A stretch of 64,000 bases of DNA from contig VJWM01000003.1 in NCBI GenBank assembly GCA_010909165.1, positions 372,001 through 436,000 on the forward strand. Direction: 5' to 3'. Under the pieces are notes generated by a model. The model did no database searches. It worked only from the letters and a program-made list of their open reading frames with translations, and had not been told where the DNA came from. Positions within the stretch are counted from its first letter, which is position 1; each line of letters begins with the position of its first letter. Positions 22,142 through 33,867 of this stretch are shown in pieces. Both the position numbers and the translations under genes were made by a program. Origin of the DNA: Anthoceros angustus (Eukaryota > Plantae > Anthocerotophyta).

Positions 22142-24676
22142 ATGGCCACATTATGGCCACCGGATTTGTTGTGGTCCCAACAAATTGGTGGGTCTACAGG
22201 GATTCTACGAGGAGCTCCCGCTCACCTCACCGTATGGAGGGAACCGCCAGTATACTGCCCAGCATTCAGGTGCAGCAGTGTAGGGAATCCAGCACTTTCG
22301 ACAGAATGTGTGGCTGGGGAAGGATTGTCCAGCGATGGTCGTCGCCAGGAGCAGGGGCAGGAGCTGTTGTGGCGACAATTTTTTCTGGATCCTACCATGT
22401 GGTGGGACAACAGGCGAGAGAAAAGGAGCTCCCGTTCGCCTGACTTCCGGCATAAGGGCTCCGGTGAGGTCCTCTGGTTAAACAACACGTTCAAGCCATC
22501 TTGGGTGGATGAGCAGCTCGTTTGTTGGGATATGCAGATGGGCCATGGTACCTCTCCTTCCAACGTGCGCACGTTATGTCAGCAGGGGAAGCTAACTGAG
22601 GCCTTTTTAGCCCTGGAATCTCAGGCGCAGACGGACTGTCCTGTTTCTCAATCTCTGTTGTATACTGTGCTAAAAGTGTGTGCAGCCAAGAAGGATTTGG
22701 ATGTGGGGCGACGAGTGCATGATCTGTGTGTCAAACTCGGGTACGAGTCAGATGCATACTTGGGGAACCATATCTTGCGCATGTATGCAGGTGGAGGTAG
22801 GCTACAGGAGGCCATGGATGTGTTCACCAGGGTGGGCAAACCGGATGCCTTCATGTGGAGCTCCATAATTTCTGCCCATTCTAAGCATGGGAAACCTAAA
22901 GAGGCTGTAGTTTTGTACAATGAGGTGCGTAGCTCAGGTATGAAGGCGGATGCGCACGTCTTTGTAGCTGCCCTTCAGGCTTGTGCACTTGCTGCGGACT
23001 TGGAATCTGGCAGAAGAGTGCACTGTGATGTGTTGAACAGTGGCATTCCTCCCGACTTGTTTGTTGGGAACTCCCTGGTGGACATGTATGCAAAATGTGG
23101 CAAACTGGAAGAAGCATGCCGGGTTTTTGATAGCTTGGCCAGAAAGGATGTGGTGACATGGAATGCCCTGATTGCTGGGTATGCACAGCAAGGGCTCGGT
23201 CGAGAAGCGCTTCTTCTGTATGAGCGAATGGAGCAGGAGGGCCTGATTGTGGCTGACCAGGTTACTTTTGCTTGCCTTTTGAAGGCCTGTGCAAGCACTG
23301 GCGCCTTACAGAAGGGCAGGCAGGTGCACTTGCAGATCGTGGAAAGAGGCCTGGTGGGTAACATTCTGCTTAGCAACTGCCTCGTGGACATGTATGCAAA
23401 ATGTGGTGAACTGAGGGATGCACGTGGGGTTTTTGACAGCATGGCCACGAAGGATGTGGTGACATGGAATGCCGTTATAGCTGGGTATGCACAACAAGGG
23501 CTCGGGCAAGAGGCGCTTGATCTATATGGACAAATGGAGCAGGAAGGCCTGTTTATGGCTGATCAGGTTACTTTCGCTTGCCTTCTTAAGGCTTGTGCAT
23601 GCACTGGCGCCTTACAGATGGGCAGGCAGCTGCACTTACAGATTGTGGAAAGAGGACTGCTAGATAACATACTGGTTGGCACCTGCCTGGTGGACATGTA
23701 TGCAAAATGTGGTGAACTGGAAGAGGCATGCCGGGTTTTTGACAGCTTGGCCACGAAGGATGTTGTGGCATGGAATGCCCTAATATCTGGGTGTGGTACT
23801 TGTGATGAAGGTCACAAGGCACTAGCTTGTTTTGAGGAGATGTTAGCCGCCGGCATCCGACCTGATGATGCTACGTTCACTTGCCTTTTAGTAGCATGCA
23901 GTCATGAGGGACTGGTGAATGAGGGTCGCCAGCTCTTCAATTCCATGGTTGAAAAGTATGGCATGAAACCGACTATTGAGCATTACAGTTCCATGGTGGA
24001 TCTGCTTGGGCGTGCTGGCCATTTGAATGAAGCAGAGAAAATCCTATTATCATGTAAGGGCGATAGTAATGTTGTGGGGTTGAGGGCTTTGCTGAATGCC
24101 TGCAAAAGCTACGGGGATATAGAGAGGGCGGCTCGGTGTTTTGAAAGCCTAGTTAGACTGGAGCCTCAGCAGGCGTCCGGATATGTGCTTATGGCGAATG
24201 CCTATGCAGATGCAGGTATGTGGACAGATGTAGACAGGATTGAAACACAGAGAATGGCAGCAGGAGCTAAGAAGAAACCTGCAGTGGCTGGAATTGAGGT
24301 AAAGAACCAGGTACACACATTTGTGGTGGGAGAAAACAGGAATGATGTTTCGCTGACCGTAGAGAGCATGAATGCACTTCTGAAGCAGGAAGGGGGCCAC
24401 GTACCACACACAAAGTTGGTGTTGAAGCCAGTGTCTCAAAAGGAAAAGGAAGATATGCTTTGCGGGCATGCTGAGAAGCTAGCTCTGGCGTATGGTCTCT
24501 TGAACACTCCAAGTGGCACACCTTTGCTGGTAACGAAGAATCTACGCATGTGCAGTGATTGCCACAGTTCCACTGAGATCATGTCAAGGATTGAAAATAG
24601 AGACATTGTTGTAAGGGATGGGTACCGTGTGCATCGGTTCGCAGCTGGTTGTTGCAGTTGCAAGGGTCGACCCTAA
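22142..24676 (+). CDS. PLS-class PPR protein with E1-E2-DYW:KP (GRP-type) domain and N-terminal PDF-like motif; candidate organellar U-to-C RNA editing factor
   Basis: Intronless ORF, first in-frame ATG at 22142. About 15 P/L/S motifs, then E1/E2, KPAVAGIEV in place of the PG box, HAEKLA, KNLRMCSDCH and C-terminal CSCKGRP. N-terminal WWDNRREKRSSRSPDFRHKGSGEVLWL. Confidence 0.95.
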   Translation: MATLWPPDLLWSQQIGGSTGILRGAPAHLTVWREPPVYCPAFRCSSVGNPALSTECVAGEGLSSDGRRQEQGQELLWRQFFLDPTMWWDNRREKRSSRSPDFRHKGSGEVLWLNNTFKPSWVDEQLVCWDMQMGHGTSPSNVRTLCQQGKLTEAFLALESQAQTDCPVSQSLLYTVLKVCAAKKDLDVGRRVHDLCVKLGYESDAYLGNHILRMYAGGGRLQEAMDVFTRVGKPDAFMWSSIISAHSKHGKPKEAVVLYNEVRSSGMKADAHVFVAALQACALAADLESGRRVHCDVLNSGIPPDLFVGNSLVDMYAKCGKLEEACRVFDSLARKDVVTWNALIAGYAQQGLGREALLLYERMEQEGLIVADQVTFACLLKACASTGALQKGRQVHLQIVERGLVGNILLSNCLVDMYAKCGELRDARGVFDSMATKDVVTWNAVIAGYAQQGLGQEALDLYGQMEQEGLFMADQVTFACLLKACACTGALQMGRQLHLQIVERGLLDNILVGTCLVDMYAKCGELEEACRVFDSLATKDVVAWNALISGCGTCDEGHKALACFEEMLAAGIRPDDATFTCLLVACSHEGLVNEGRQLFNSMVEKYGMKPTIEHYSSMVDLLGRAGHLNEAEKILLSCKGDSNVVGLRALLNACKSYGDIERAARCFESLVRLEPQQASGYVLMANAYADAGMWTDVDRIETQRMAAGAKKKPAVAGIEVKNQVHTFVVGENRNDVSLTVESMNALLKQEGGHVPHTKLVLKPVSQKEKEDMLCGHAEKLALAYGLLNTPSGTPLLVTKNLRMCSDCHSSTEIMSRIENRDIVVRDGYRVHRFAAGCCSCKGRP

Positions 24677-26515
24677 GGATGAACAATATCTAGCCAGAGC
24701 TAGATCTCCTTCATCCTTCGGGTTTGGATTGGGATAGGTAAATCGTAGCATTCATTGATGCTCGAGTCATATTATCCATTTTTTATGTTCATATTTCTTC
24801 ATATTCGCTCTTGTTGCAAACACTCGGACCTGGGAAACAAGCGAGGCAGGCCTAGGGCTTCTATCGTTCAACAGTGTCATGATGTGTTGCTTCTCTCTTG
24901 ATGCAGAAAACGTAGAAAGTTCGTCCTAGACGTTGAGAAACGAAGCTACATGCTTTTAGACTTACTTTCCACCTAAATCTTCTTTTTTTGAGAAAAACAA
25001 TTTAATAGAAAAATCTATCGATGTAAAAAAATTGAAGAAAAAAGTTAATATATTTTCAGATTTATTTTTATTAAAAAATAATTGTTTATTAGAAATAAAA
25101 AGTTAATTAAAAAAACCCATCCAGCAGAAAACAACCAAAGGAGACCGTGAGGATCGGAGGAAGCTCTCATCATGTTTAAGGCTTCAAGGGCCACAGGTTA
25201 ATAACGCTGTGATCATGCTTCATGCTTCAAGGACCAAAGGCTAATAATGCGGATGCCAGCACTAAGCAGTGGAGCCCACCATGTGGAAATTTACTGCCCA
25301 CCACGGGCGACTTTAGTTCCCGTGTCCATATTGCCCATGCTAAAGCTTCTTCCCATGCCCTATGCCCTATGCCCTAATGCCCCATGTCCCATGCTCCATG
25401 TTCCATACCCCATACCCCATTCCTCATAACTTAAGTCTCGCCTCATGCCTCAAGTCCATGCCCCATGCCCTCATGCCCTGGTGTTTATGGGATGAAAATA
25501 TTATATACTTATAATTTTAAAATTTATTTAAAAATTAAAAGATGTGCCTTTACTATGGTCGTGCTTTGATAGTGCAGTGATGTCATCTGTAAACCACTTA
25601 ACCCAGATTCGAAGTCCGTATGATGACTTGATTTCAAACCTTAATGTGATTTTTGGTTCCACACATTTTATTGCATTCTGGGATTAGGTTCCCTCACATT
25701 TTATTGCAATATGGGATAAGATAAACTTCCTCTTCCATCTTTTTCCGTTCGGAGTAGTCACTAGAATGCATTTCATAACAATACAGGCGATTGCCTTGGA
25801 TGGGTGCATTGCATAGCTCAGGTACCTTCAACCGCATGGATGAATGGATACAAGGAGAGTAAGATGCAAGGATACAAGGAGAATAAGATGTCGGGTTGTG
25901 GGGACGACGTCAGGTGAAATGGATGCATGGATACAAGGAGAAAAAGATAAAGGGTTGCGGGGATGACGTCAAGTGAAAGAAGGTAGAAGAGGAAGTTTAT
26001 GTAATGTAATATAATATATTGCATTCTTCATATCATATAAAAGAAGGTAGAAGAGAAAGTTTATCTAAGATGGAAGAGGGAGTTTCTCTAACATAATACA
26101 TTTGAGTGGAAGAAGGTGGAAGAGCATGTATTGCATAGTTTTGACTAGATCTTGTTCATCCTTAGAGTCTATCCTTGCATCTGCAACAACCATCCTTACA
26201 TCTGCACACCCATGGGTACCCATCCCCATCTCTATTTTCAATCCTTGGTAGCATAAAACTGGTCAAATAAGATAAGAAGTCGACATCCTTCCGAGTCATT
26301 AAACATTGGTTGTTTCTTACATCGTAGAGGTGTCAGCCCGGTGGCGAAGTATATCAAGATATTTCCGAGATAGTTACCTAGCAACTCTGCCTCCCTCAAG
26401 CTAATTCTGAGTCCACTGAGAGTGTGGAAAGCAGCTTCAGCTCTAGAGGCCGAGAGTCTCCGCCACGGCTGGATGTGCCGTGATTTGAAGGCACGATATC
26501 CAAGCCCTCCGATTC

Positions 26516-29500
26516 TTAGGGCTCACTTATCAGGTCATGTGGCATACAATCTTCGGTCGTTCTGTAGCTCTTGTCCGGTGAATAGTAGCACAAGTTTGTC
26601 ACATTACTCGCATAGAGGCAAGCAAACCTCTCCACCTGCACATTTACAGTATTGATAATATGTTCAGAGGCATCAAATCATAACAGTGAGAGCTAGACGT
26701 GGAGGCAAAGCTCTAGCGAGCAGAAGAGCGGACACAGGAGGAAAGGCGGAGAGGGAGGACTATCCCCACCTGGTGGGCGAACCGAGAATTTTGATATCCT
26801 GTCTTCATAAGCTGACCCCATATCTTGTGAAACTGAGGGACACAATTTTTTATTACCAAATCTTTACGTCAGAGGAAAAGGAATTACATTGGGCCAGAGT
26901 TTGCAGCACTTACCAGGCGATGACATTCTCTTTGAGCCTCCCGATGTGATTCACGGACTTGGCCTCTCTTGTCCTGAAAGTGCCATGCACAACAGATAAG
27001 AACCCACCAACGAACGTAGGCTGCGTGGAACACATGTATGGCAAGTGCAAGATTTCATGTGAGAAAGCCACCTGCAAAGCATGCAATTCAGAAGACATTA
27101 TCTCACGTTCTTCCTCCGAATAGCCGTCAAATCTGTTGGGGCACTCAGAACAGTTAGGACATTTGTTTCACGCAACAAAGATTCACCTGGCACTTAAGTC
27201 ATGGATCTACAAGCTTCAGCTTTGAAGCTGACACTATCTGTTTAGGATACATTGACATACCTCAGAGCCCATTCCAAGCGATGTAAGGTATCTTCCAACC
27301 CATCCCGCTCCTGTCGCAGTTCCCAAATTTCCTACATGCACCACAGGATGAAAATACAACGACAAAAATGAGCCAGTCCGGGGCAGCGAAGTTGGGCAGC
27401 GAATTCATGTCTAGAATGATGGCTGGAAGGCGGACAAAGGGAGTCACACCTTACGAACAGCAGCTGTCTGTTGCAACAGCTCAAGCTCATGTGCAAGCTC
27501 AGGTACCACAAGCATTGTCCTCCAACCTGCATGAGAGGCGCTTGATGAGACAGCTTATTACTTATCAAGTGATGGTTGCAATGAACAACTATGTCGTAAG
27601 TGAATGGAGAAAGCAACATCTTACCCAGCTGCTTCTTGCTCCGCAAAATATCCCCATAAATGTGGTCTCCAACATAGAGGACCTACCAACAAACTGCACT
27701 CATTAGATGTGAAAATGTGAATGCAAGCAATAAATATTGCAACAACTTTCAGTTGGGCAAGCACCTTTTCCCCTGCCTCAATGCCCAGCAGTCTGTGAAG
27801 GTGTCCCACACTTCCACCCTAATGACAGCATTGCCACAAATATTGTGAACTGTGCTACTTGCAATCTGACGAGGACCCAGAGTAAATGACGGAACCCATG
27901 TAGAATACAGCGCAAACCACTTGCCTGAAATACTCTGCAGGCTTGACTAGTTTCATCCCGAGACTGCCGCTGATAATTAGATGCAATATCACCGACCTGT
28001 GTCAAGCATTACTTCGATCAGTAGACCATCTCCGCGACTGCATCCAGGACCGTCATGTATACAGACCTGAACCATAGGAGTGCCGTTGTCACTGTTTCGG
28101 AGCATTCCTGTGTTGATATCGACTTCAAACAGGGGAGCTCGAGTACCATCCATGAAGAAGGCAGGTTTGGCACTGGAATGTGCATTGTCATAAATAATCA
28201 GCAAGGCAATTACATTCAAACTTGAGATCGACAAGTTCCTAGGATAGAAGGATAGATCAGACGAGTTCTGGTGGTCAAGAAAACTCTCAACCAAGGAATG
28301 GAAAAGCCATGTCAGTATGGTGAGGAGGTTAGAACCTGCCAGTGATCACAAGATCGAAGTAATTTAGCCACTCGTCATCTCGAGGATTACCAACACTTGC
28401 TCCACTTTTGCCAAACACGTAATTCATCACCACATGTGTGTAATCCCAAAGACTGTATACACCCAATAGGTCTGTGTGTGTAAGTCTGCCTCATCAGCAA
28501 TCTTGGTAGATAATCTGAATCAACGTTTCAATAACCTGAATCACTACAGAACTTGGAGCAAAACAACAAGACTTCAAAAAACTCACCTGTTTGTTACCAG
28601 GAACGTCATCCGACCAGAGTCTCTAAGCATTTTCAGCATGGGAACTAAATGAAGATCTTCATGGATATATCTACCACACAAATTTCAATGTAGTTACTGG
28701 CCCCACCAAGCTACCTCTAACATGTTGTACCATGTCTTCGACAGAGAAATTCCAGAGATGCCAAAAAGCTTTGCCAGATAGTGGTTAAGGTGATCTACTT
28801 GCTTACTCGCCAGGATTAGACGCAACAGCCAGCTTCAAAGTGCCATCACGATGACACAGATCAACTGCTGCCCTGACATCCTTGTATATCTGAGCATAGC
28901 TACACAACCACAACAAACAGGCAACAGACAAGTAAACGCTTATTTGTCAAGTCCTATCATTAATCATCTGAACAAGAAGATGACAAGCAACTGAAAACGT
29001 TTCTCCATATCTCTGTAGTACATGCAATGGTCCATGTTTGGCTGGAGGAAAGCTGGCAAGAAGAGGCAACTTACTTGGAACCTCCCACAACGCCATCAAT
29101 GCACAGGACTCTGTGAGCACAACGAGAGTGTCAGGGGATGGAGGGTGACAGGGGATCAAGGGTGACAGTAGTGTTAACAGTACAAGCAAATGGAAAAATG
29201 AGGTGTGTACTCTGAGCTAGATGGCATCTTTTCTGGGGAAGCATCTTTCAGCTCAACTAGCTGTGCAAAGAGGTAGGCTTCTGCTAGAGAAAACAAGGTA
29301 TCAATAAGAGCATAGTCTGGCTCATCATAGGATTCTCTTGCGAGTGTGCTTCCATAGGTTTTATGTCGCTCTTCCCTGGAGAGCTCTCGGAAGCCATGAT
29401 AAGCCACCTTGACATACTTGTGCCTGTCCATCTACAAAGCCCGTTGGGAAAGACCACTTAGGGTCAGTAAGGTTCCAGGACTTAGAATTCTCCTTAGCCC

Positions 29501-30542
29501 ATGAACAAAAGAGCTATTAGACAATCACCTTTATGATGTTACCCCGCCTCTTATCAAGCACAAGACCTCGCACCATATAGCTCCAATCAAACTTCCATTG
29601 CAACAGCTACATACAATTCGCCCCCCGGAATCTCAGCTGTGAATTTTCAAGCTATTCATTGTTGAAAAACATCCAAGAAAGGAAAGTTTGGACGCTGGTA
29701 GACTGACCTCCTCAGGATATCCAAGATTTTGAACAAGCTTTTTGACCGTGCCGTTGTAGGCCAATGTTTCAAACGTGTCAGGTTTATATTGAGCAAGAGT
29801 GTAATCCATATCAAATCCTACAGCAACAATGCTCTTCATGTTGAGGGACCTGTTACAAAAGATCTGGTTCCTCGTGTTCACTGGCTCAACCCATCCACGA
29901 GCAGTCCAAGGGGGACTGTCAGCACAGCTTATGCGGACAGAAAGGGAGGGGTGATCAAGCGTTGTTGGAGCAGGCTCCAGTTTCTGAGCTGGAACGTCAC
30001 TACCGCCTTTCCTTTTCCTGGCGCTCCCTGGAGGAGGATATCAAATATCAAATACAGCAGCATTGTTTAGACAACATGAACCTCTATTCTTGGTCCACTC
30101 ACCGCCAAGCATGTTCCTGCTGAGCGAGAAAACATGCAGCTGACCAGCCGTCTACCGAGTTATCTAGGGAATTGTAGACTATGGCCGATAAAGTGACGAC
30201 AATGTGGACCTCTGGACACCGAAGCTGATACTCAGGAGATGACCTACCGTCTTCCATGGTGTCCACCACAGCAGTCTCTTCCATTCCAGCCCTGCAACAC
30301 ATCACTGTACTTGTTCCATAAGCACCACTCTGGTATTGGCCATCCTTGCTTGAAACACGTGCAACCAGCCTTCTCCATGCTAGCAGACCCGATTGAGGCC
30401 CATATGAAGACCGCTCTGTCTGGAGCGTCTGCAACCTGGACAAAGATGCTGGAACTGGAATGCAGCTTGACGTATGCCCAAAGTTCAGCATCAAGGACCT
30501 ATGCAACTGGTGCATAGTAGGTGCACTCACGCCACCTAACAT
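26516..30542 (-). CDS. HAD-superfamily (subfamily IG) 5'-nucleotidase, probably organelle-targeted, multi-exon
   Basis: IFCNRSLNMKSIVAVGFDMDYTLAQYK (motif I), MDRHKYVKVAYHG, VLYVGDHIYGDILRSKK, WRTMLVVPEL, FHKIWGQLMKTGYQNSRFAHQVERFACLY; Ser/Arg-rich N-terminal exon; stop TAA at 26516. Confidence 0.92.
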
Positions 30543-31886
30543 GGCTTACACTCAAGTGCACATTGCTTAGTACACTTGATCGGATGGAAACTTTCCAGTA
30601 GCAACGCTTATCTAAACATCCCTGTGCCCCTCAATTGCTTCCTACACGGTGGGCACAGTCTAGCAGGTGGTGAATAAAGCGCTTCAGAGATGTACCTGGA
30701 TCAGCAACAAACATTCAAGCATCAGTACGCTGCGCCATGCACAGCACACAGACAGACCGAATTTAATTACACTAGAATTCAACACAGCCAGAAAGGCAGG
30801 GGACATCCACGAACAGATCCCTGCTCTCCCTTCCAGCGAAGAAGAAAATCAAAACAGATGAGAGGAAACCGACGCCAAAGTCCATCGTTTTCACTCTGTG
30901 CATACCAGATTCGAACGCCAACCTCCTGCTCAGCTGGAGGAGGTAGCTCGCTGAGTGAATTGCGGGTGACAGTCGCCGAATCATTCAGAAATCCGTCAAT
31001 TGATTTTTGCCAGGAATGCAGTGGTCTGTGCCTCGCATTAACTGTTGCAAGCACACTCCTCGCGTCCAGGCTTGTCCAGAATCGTTGGGGACAGCGGGGA
31101 CGTGGGTGGGAATCAGGATAATCGGTAGAAGCCAAGATGGTAAGAATTGCCTCCCCTCCAGCAGAGTATCAGGTTATGCAGGAGAAACGACCTGAACAGC
31201 AGCGAATGAGCTTCGACCGCCTCCATCCTTCCATCTTCACAGCCACAGATGAGCTTCTCAGAAGCCCAGCAAAAGCCTGTTCAAAAATTTCAGTGGCAAT
31301 TCCCACCAGCTGCAACGGATTCGGAGCTCAACAGTCCTGGGGATCTCAGGGGTCGCCTGTTCACAAATCCAGCGGGCTTGGATGGCAAATTTTCAAACAC
31401 AGCTGGCCCGGTATCGCGGCTTCACCAAATGTTATCCGAAGGCTCCTGGCCAGGCCGGGCCGGGCATAATGGGATCATAAGCACATGCTTTCTTACCCGA
31501 CATATCACTTACCTGATTTCTCACCCGACAATTTGCTTGTCAGCGCTTTTGTTGCTTATCTTCCTGTTCTTCGACGCCGTTAGCATGTTGGCAGGTGCTT
31601 CAGAGGTTCTTCCACACGTGTGTTTCCGTATGTTTTTAGGCCCTTATGTCGTCAGTTGTCCAGAAGTGATGTACATACATTCATGAATTTCAAGGCAGAA
31701 AAGGATGGGCGGATGATAAACAAAGGCATGCCCCAGTTGAGCGAGGCTCCGGACTTGATGAGGAAACCAAAGTGCTCATCAAAGGTTACTCCTTATCATC
31801 CATGGCAACACCAGAACAGGACGGGAGGGCTACTGCAACTAGTGGAAACCATGACAAAGGGACAGAAACCAGAGTTAGGTCTCTGC

Positions 31887-33308
31887 CTACAGGATAACTT
31901 CTTCGGCGTACTCTGGACTTCCACAACCAGGAGACAGGTCGTCATAAATCGTCCAATAGTCCGTGGAGTGTTTGTATTCCTGTGGGGGAGACAGGCCAGC
32001 ACAGCTACAGCGTTGGTCGGACAAACGTACTGGGGACTGAAGCCATTACTCCAGCATAGTAGGAAGAAAGGACTTACACTTCGCAAAACACGCAGGCTCG
32101 GGAGGGACGAGAATGCAGCACCCTCCATTGGATCTGCACGCCACTCGGAGCTGCCGACCTCTGTGTACAGAGGCTCGATCTCCACCAGATCCAGGCACTG
32201 GGCAGACAAGTCTGTCTTAGACAAGGGCTGCAAGACGACCTACCATCCACACAGTCTTAAAAGACTCTGAGCAAAGGAATGTGGAAGTGACGAACCTCCA
32301 GGGGTAACTTGTCCCGATCCCCCCGGTCTGCAGCAAAAGAGTTGTGTCAGAAGAGCTGATGGTCACTCAGCATCGTATGCAGCAGCATGTTCTGCAAAGC
32401 CAACCGCAAACTGACTGTAGTCTACCACCGACCTTTATTTCTTCCAACTAGAAGACCAACACCTGTTACATCCAAGAAAGCAGCGAGTGAAGATGAGGTA
32501 CAGGGGAAACGAATGAGGCCAACACGCAGCACCGACAACACCTCATGCATTTCAGCAAACCCACCTTTAATGCGGCCATCTTGATGTTGGGCTCGGGCAG
32601 CATCTGACAGTGGATACTCCACAACGTCACCCACTTCAGCCTCCCTTTCAATCTGCGAATGGCCATCAGGGGACGAGGCATCCGCATCTGATCTGGCAGC
32701 AGATGAGGATCGGGCATCACCTTTCCTGGATCTGCATACCCCATCCCACAGTGCTGGATGCTCCATCACTACTGACTTGCACACACACTACTCAGCCAAG
32801 ACAGACACACAAGACAGACACCATACTTGCGCTGGAAAGGCTTGAATTCGTCCCAGGTATCCCAGACGTCCCAAGCAGCACCCTTGCTGTTCCGGGCACC
32901 ACCTTTCAACCCTGCTGCACCGTGCACATCGTAGATGGCTCTCGCTTCCTCATCAATCAGCACCTGGTATAGTTCCCCATATCTTCCTACATGAACATCA
33001 CCGAATCTCTCTTGGGAGAAGTCCACCGCCCATCACTCTCATCTTATTCCCAAGCATACCATGAACACCACGAGACACAACATCCTCACACAAACCTCGT
33101 AGGCGGTGCTGAGCTCCACAAAGCGGCGCTGGGCGTCGGGGTGCTGGCTCACATCGGGGTGGTGCTCCCTGGCCAGACGCCGGTACGCAGTTTTGAGCTG
33201 GGCAGGAGTGGCGGCTCGCTGCACCTGCAACACGGAGTAGTAGTCTGCCTCGCCTGCGGAGCAGCGCACGCAGCAGAGCGAGGCTCGGCACGCCAAAGCT
33301 GCCGCCAT
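31887..33308 (-). CDS. J-domain (DnaJ type III) protein with transit-like N-terminus and unrecognised C-terminal domain, multi-exon
   Basis: DYYSVLQV...LKTAYRRLAREHHPDVS...FVELSTAYE|VLIDEEARAIYD (HPD intact). Later exons EAEVGDVVEYPL...DGRIKG, VGLLVGRN, LDLVEIEPL...LRVLRS, EYKHSTDYWTIYDDLSPGCGSPEYAEEVIL*. Confidence 0.85.
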
Positions 33309-33867
33309 AGCCGATGCTCCTCGCAGCCCAGGAAGCGCAGAGTAAAAGAAGAAGCGCAGAGGTAATGTCAGTCGCCCTTTTCCCCGCTCTGAAGGGAGCG
33401 TGGGGACCTCTCTTTTTCCACGCGATAAGCTCGCATCTCCCGAACTCTGCGGGCGGGGCAGGAGAGCTCAAGAGCTGGAAATGGGCCGTGGAGCGTTCTT
33501 GCTTCCTCGTACATGACATCACACCACATGCATCTGTACATGGGTTGTGGGTTGTGGGTGTGGATTGCTTGCGGTGGCTTGGGATTAGGATTGACAGCCT
33601 CAGCTTGATTGATCATGGCTTTGCGGATTTGGAGGTGATGGAGATGCAAGGTGAGGATTCTGCTTCTTCTCCTGCTGCTGTCGTGCACCAAAATGTGCTG
33701 GCAAGTGGGATCTTGCGAGGATGGAAGACTGAGAGAGTTGGGCTGGTGTGGTCCAGGCGTGGGATGTGAGGATCGTGAGTGTAACTGGGAAAGTGGAGGT
33801 TGTTCCATGCTGTTGCCGGGGCTGCGAGGCGTGGGATCGAGGTGGTGGAACGTGGTGTGGAGCTCGG
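33309..33867. promoter_or_regulatory. Probable bidirectional promoter/5' UTR region between the divergent DnaJ and HINT3 genes
   Basis: Head-to-head start codons only ~560 bp apart; no specific motif verified. Confidence 0.5.

Noticed and set aside
25565-25620. tRNA/SINE-like A and B boxes
   Set aside because: Both boxes are degenerate and no cloverleaf could be formed.
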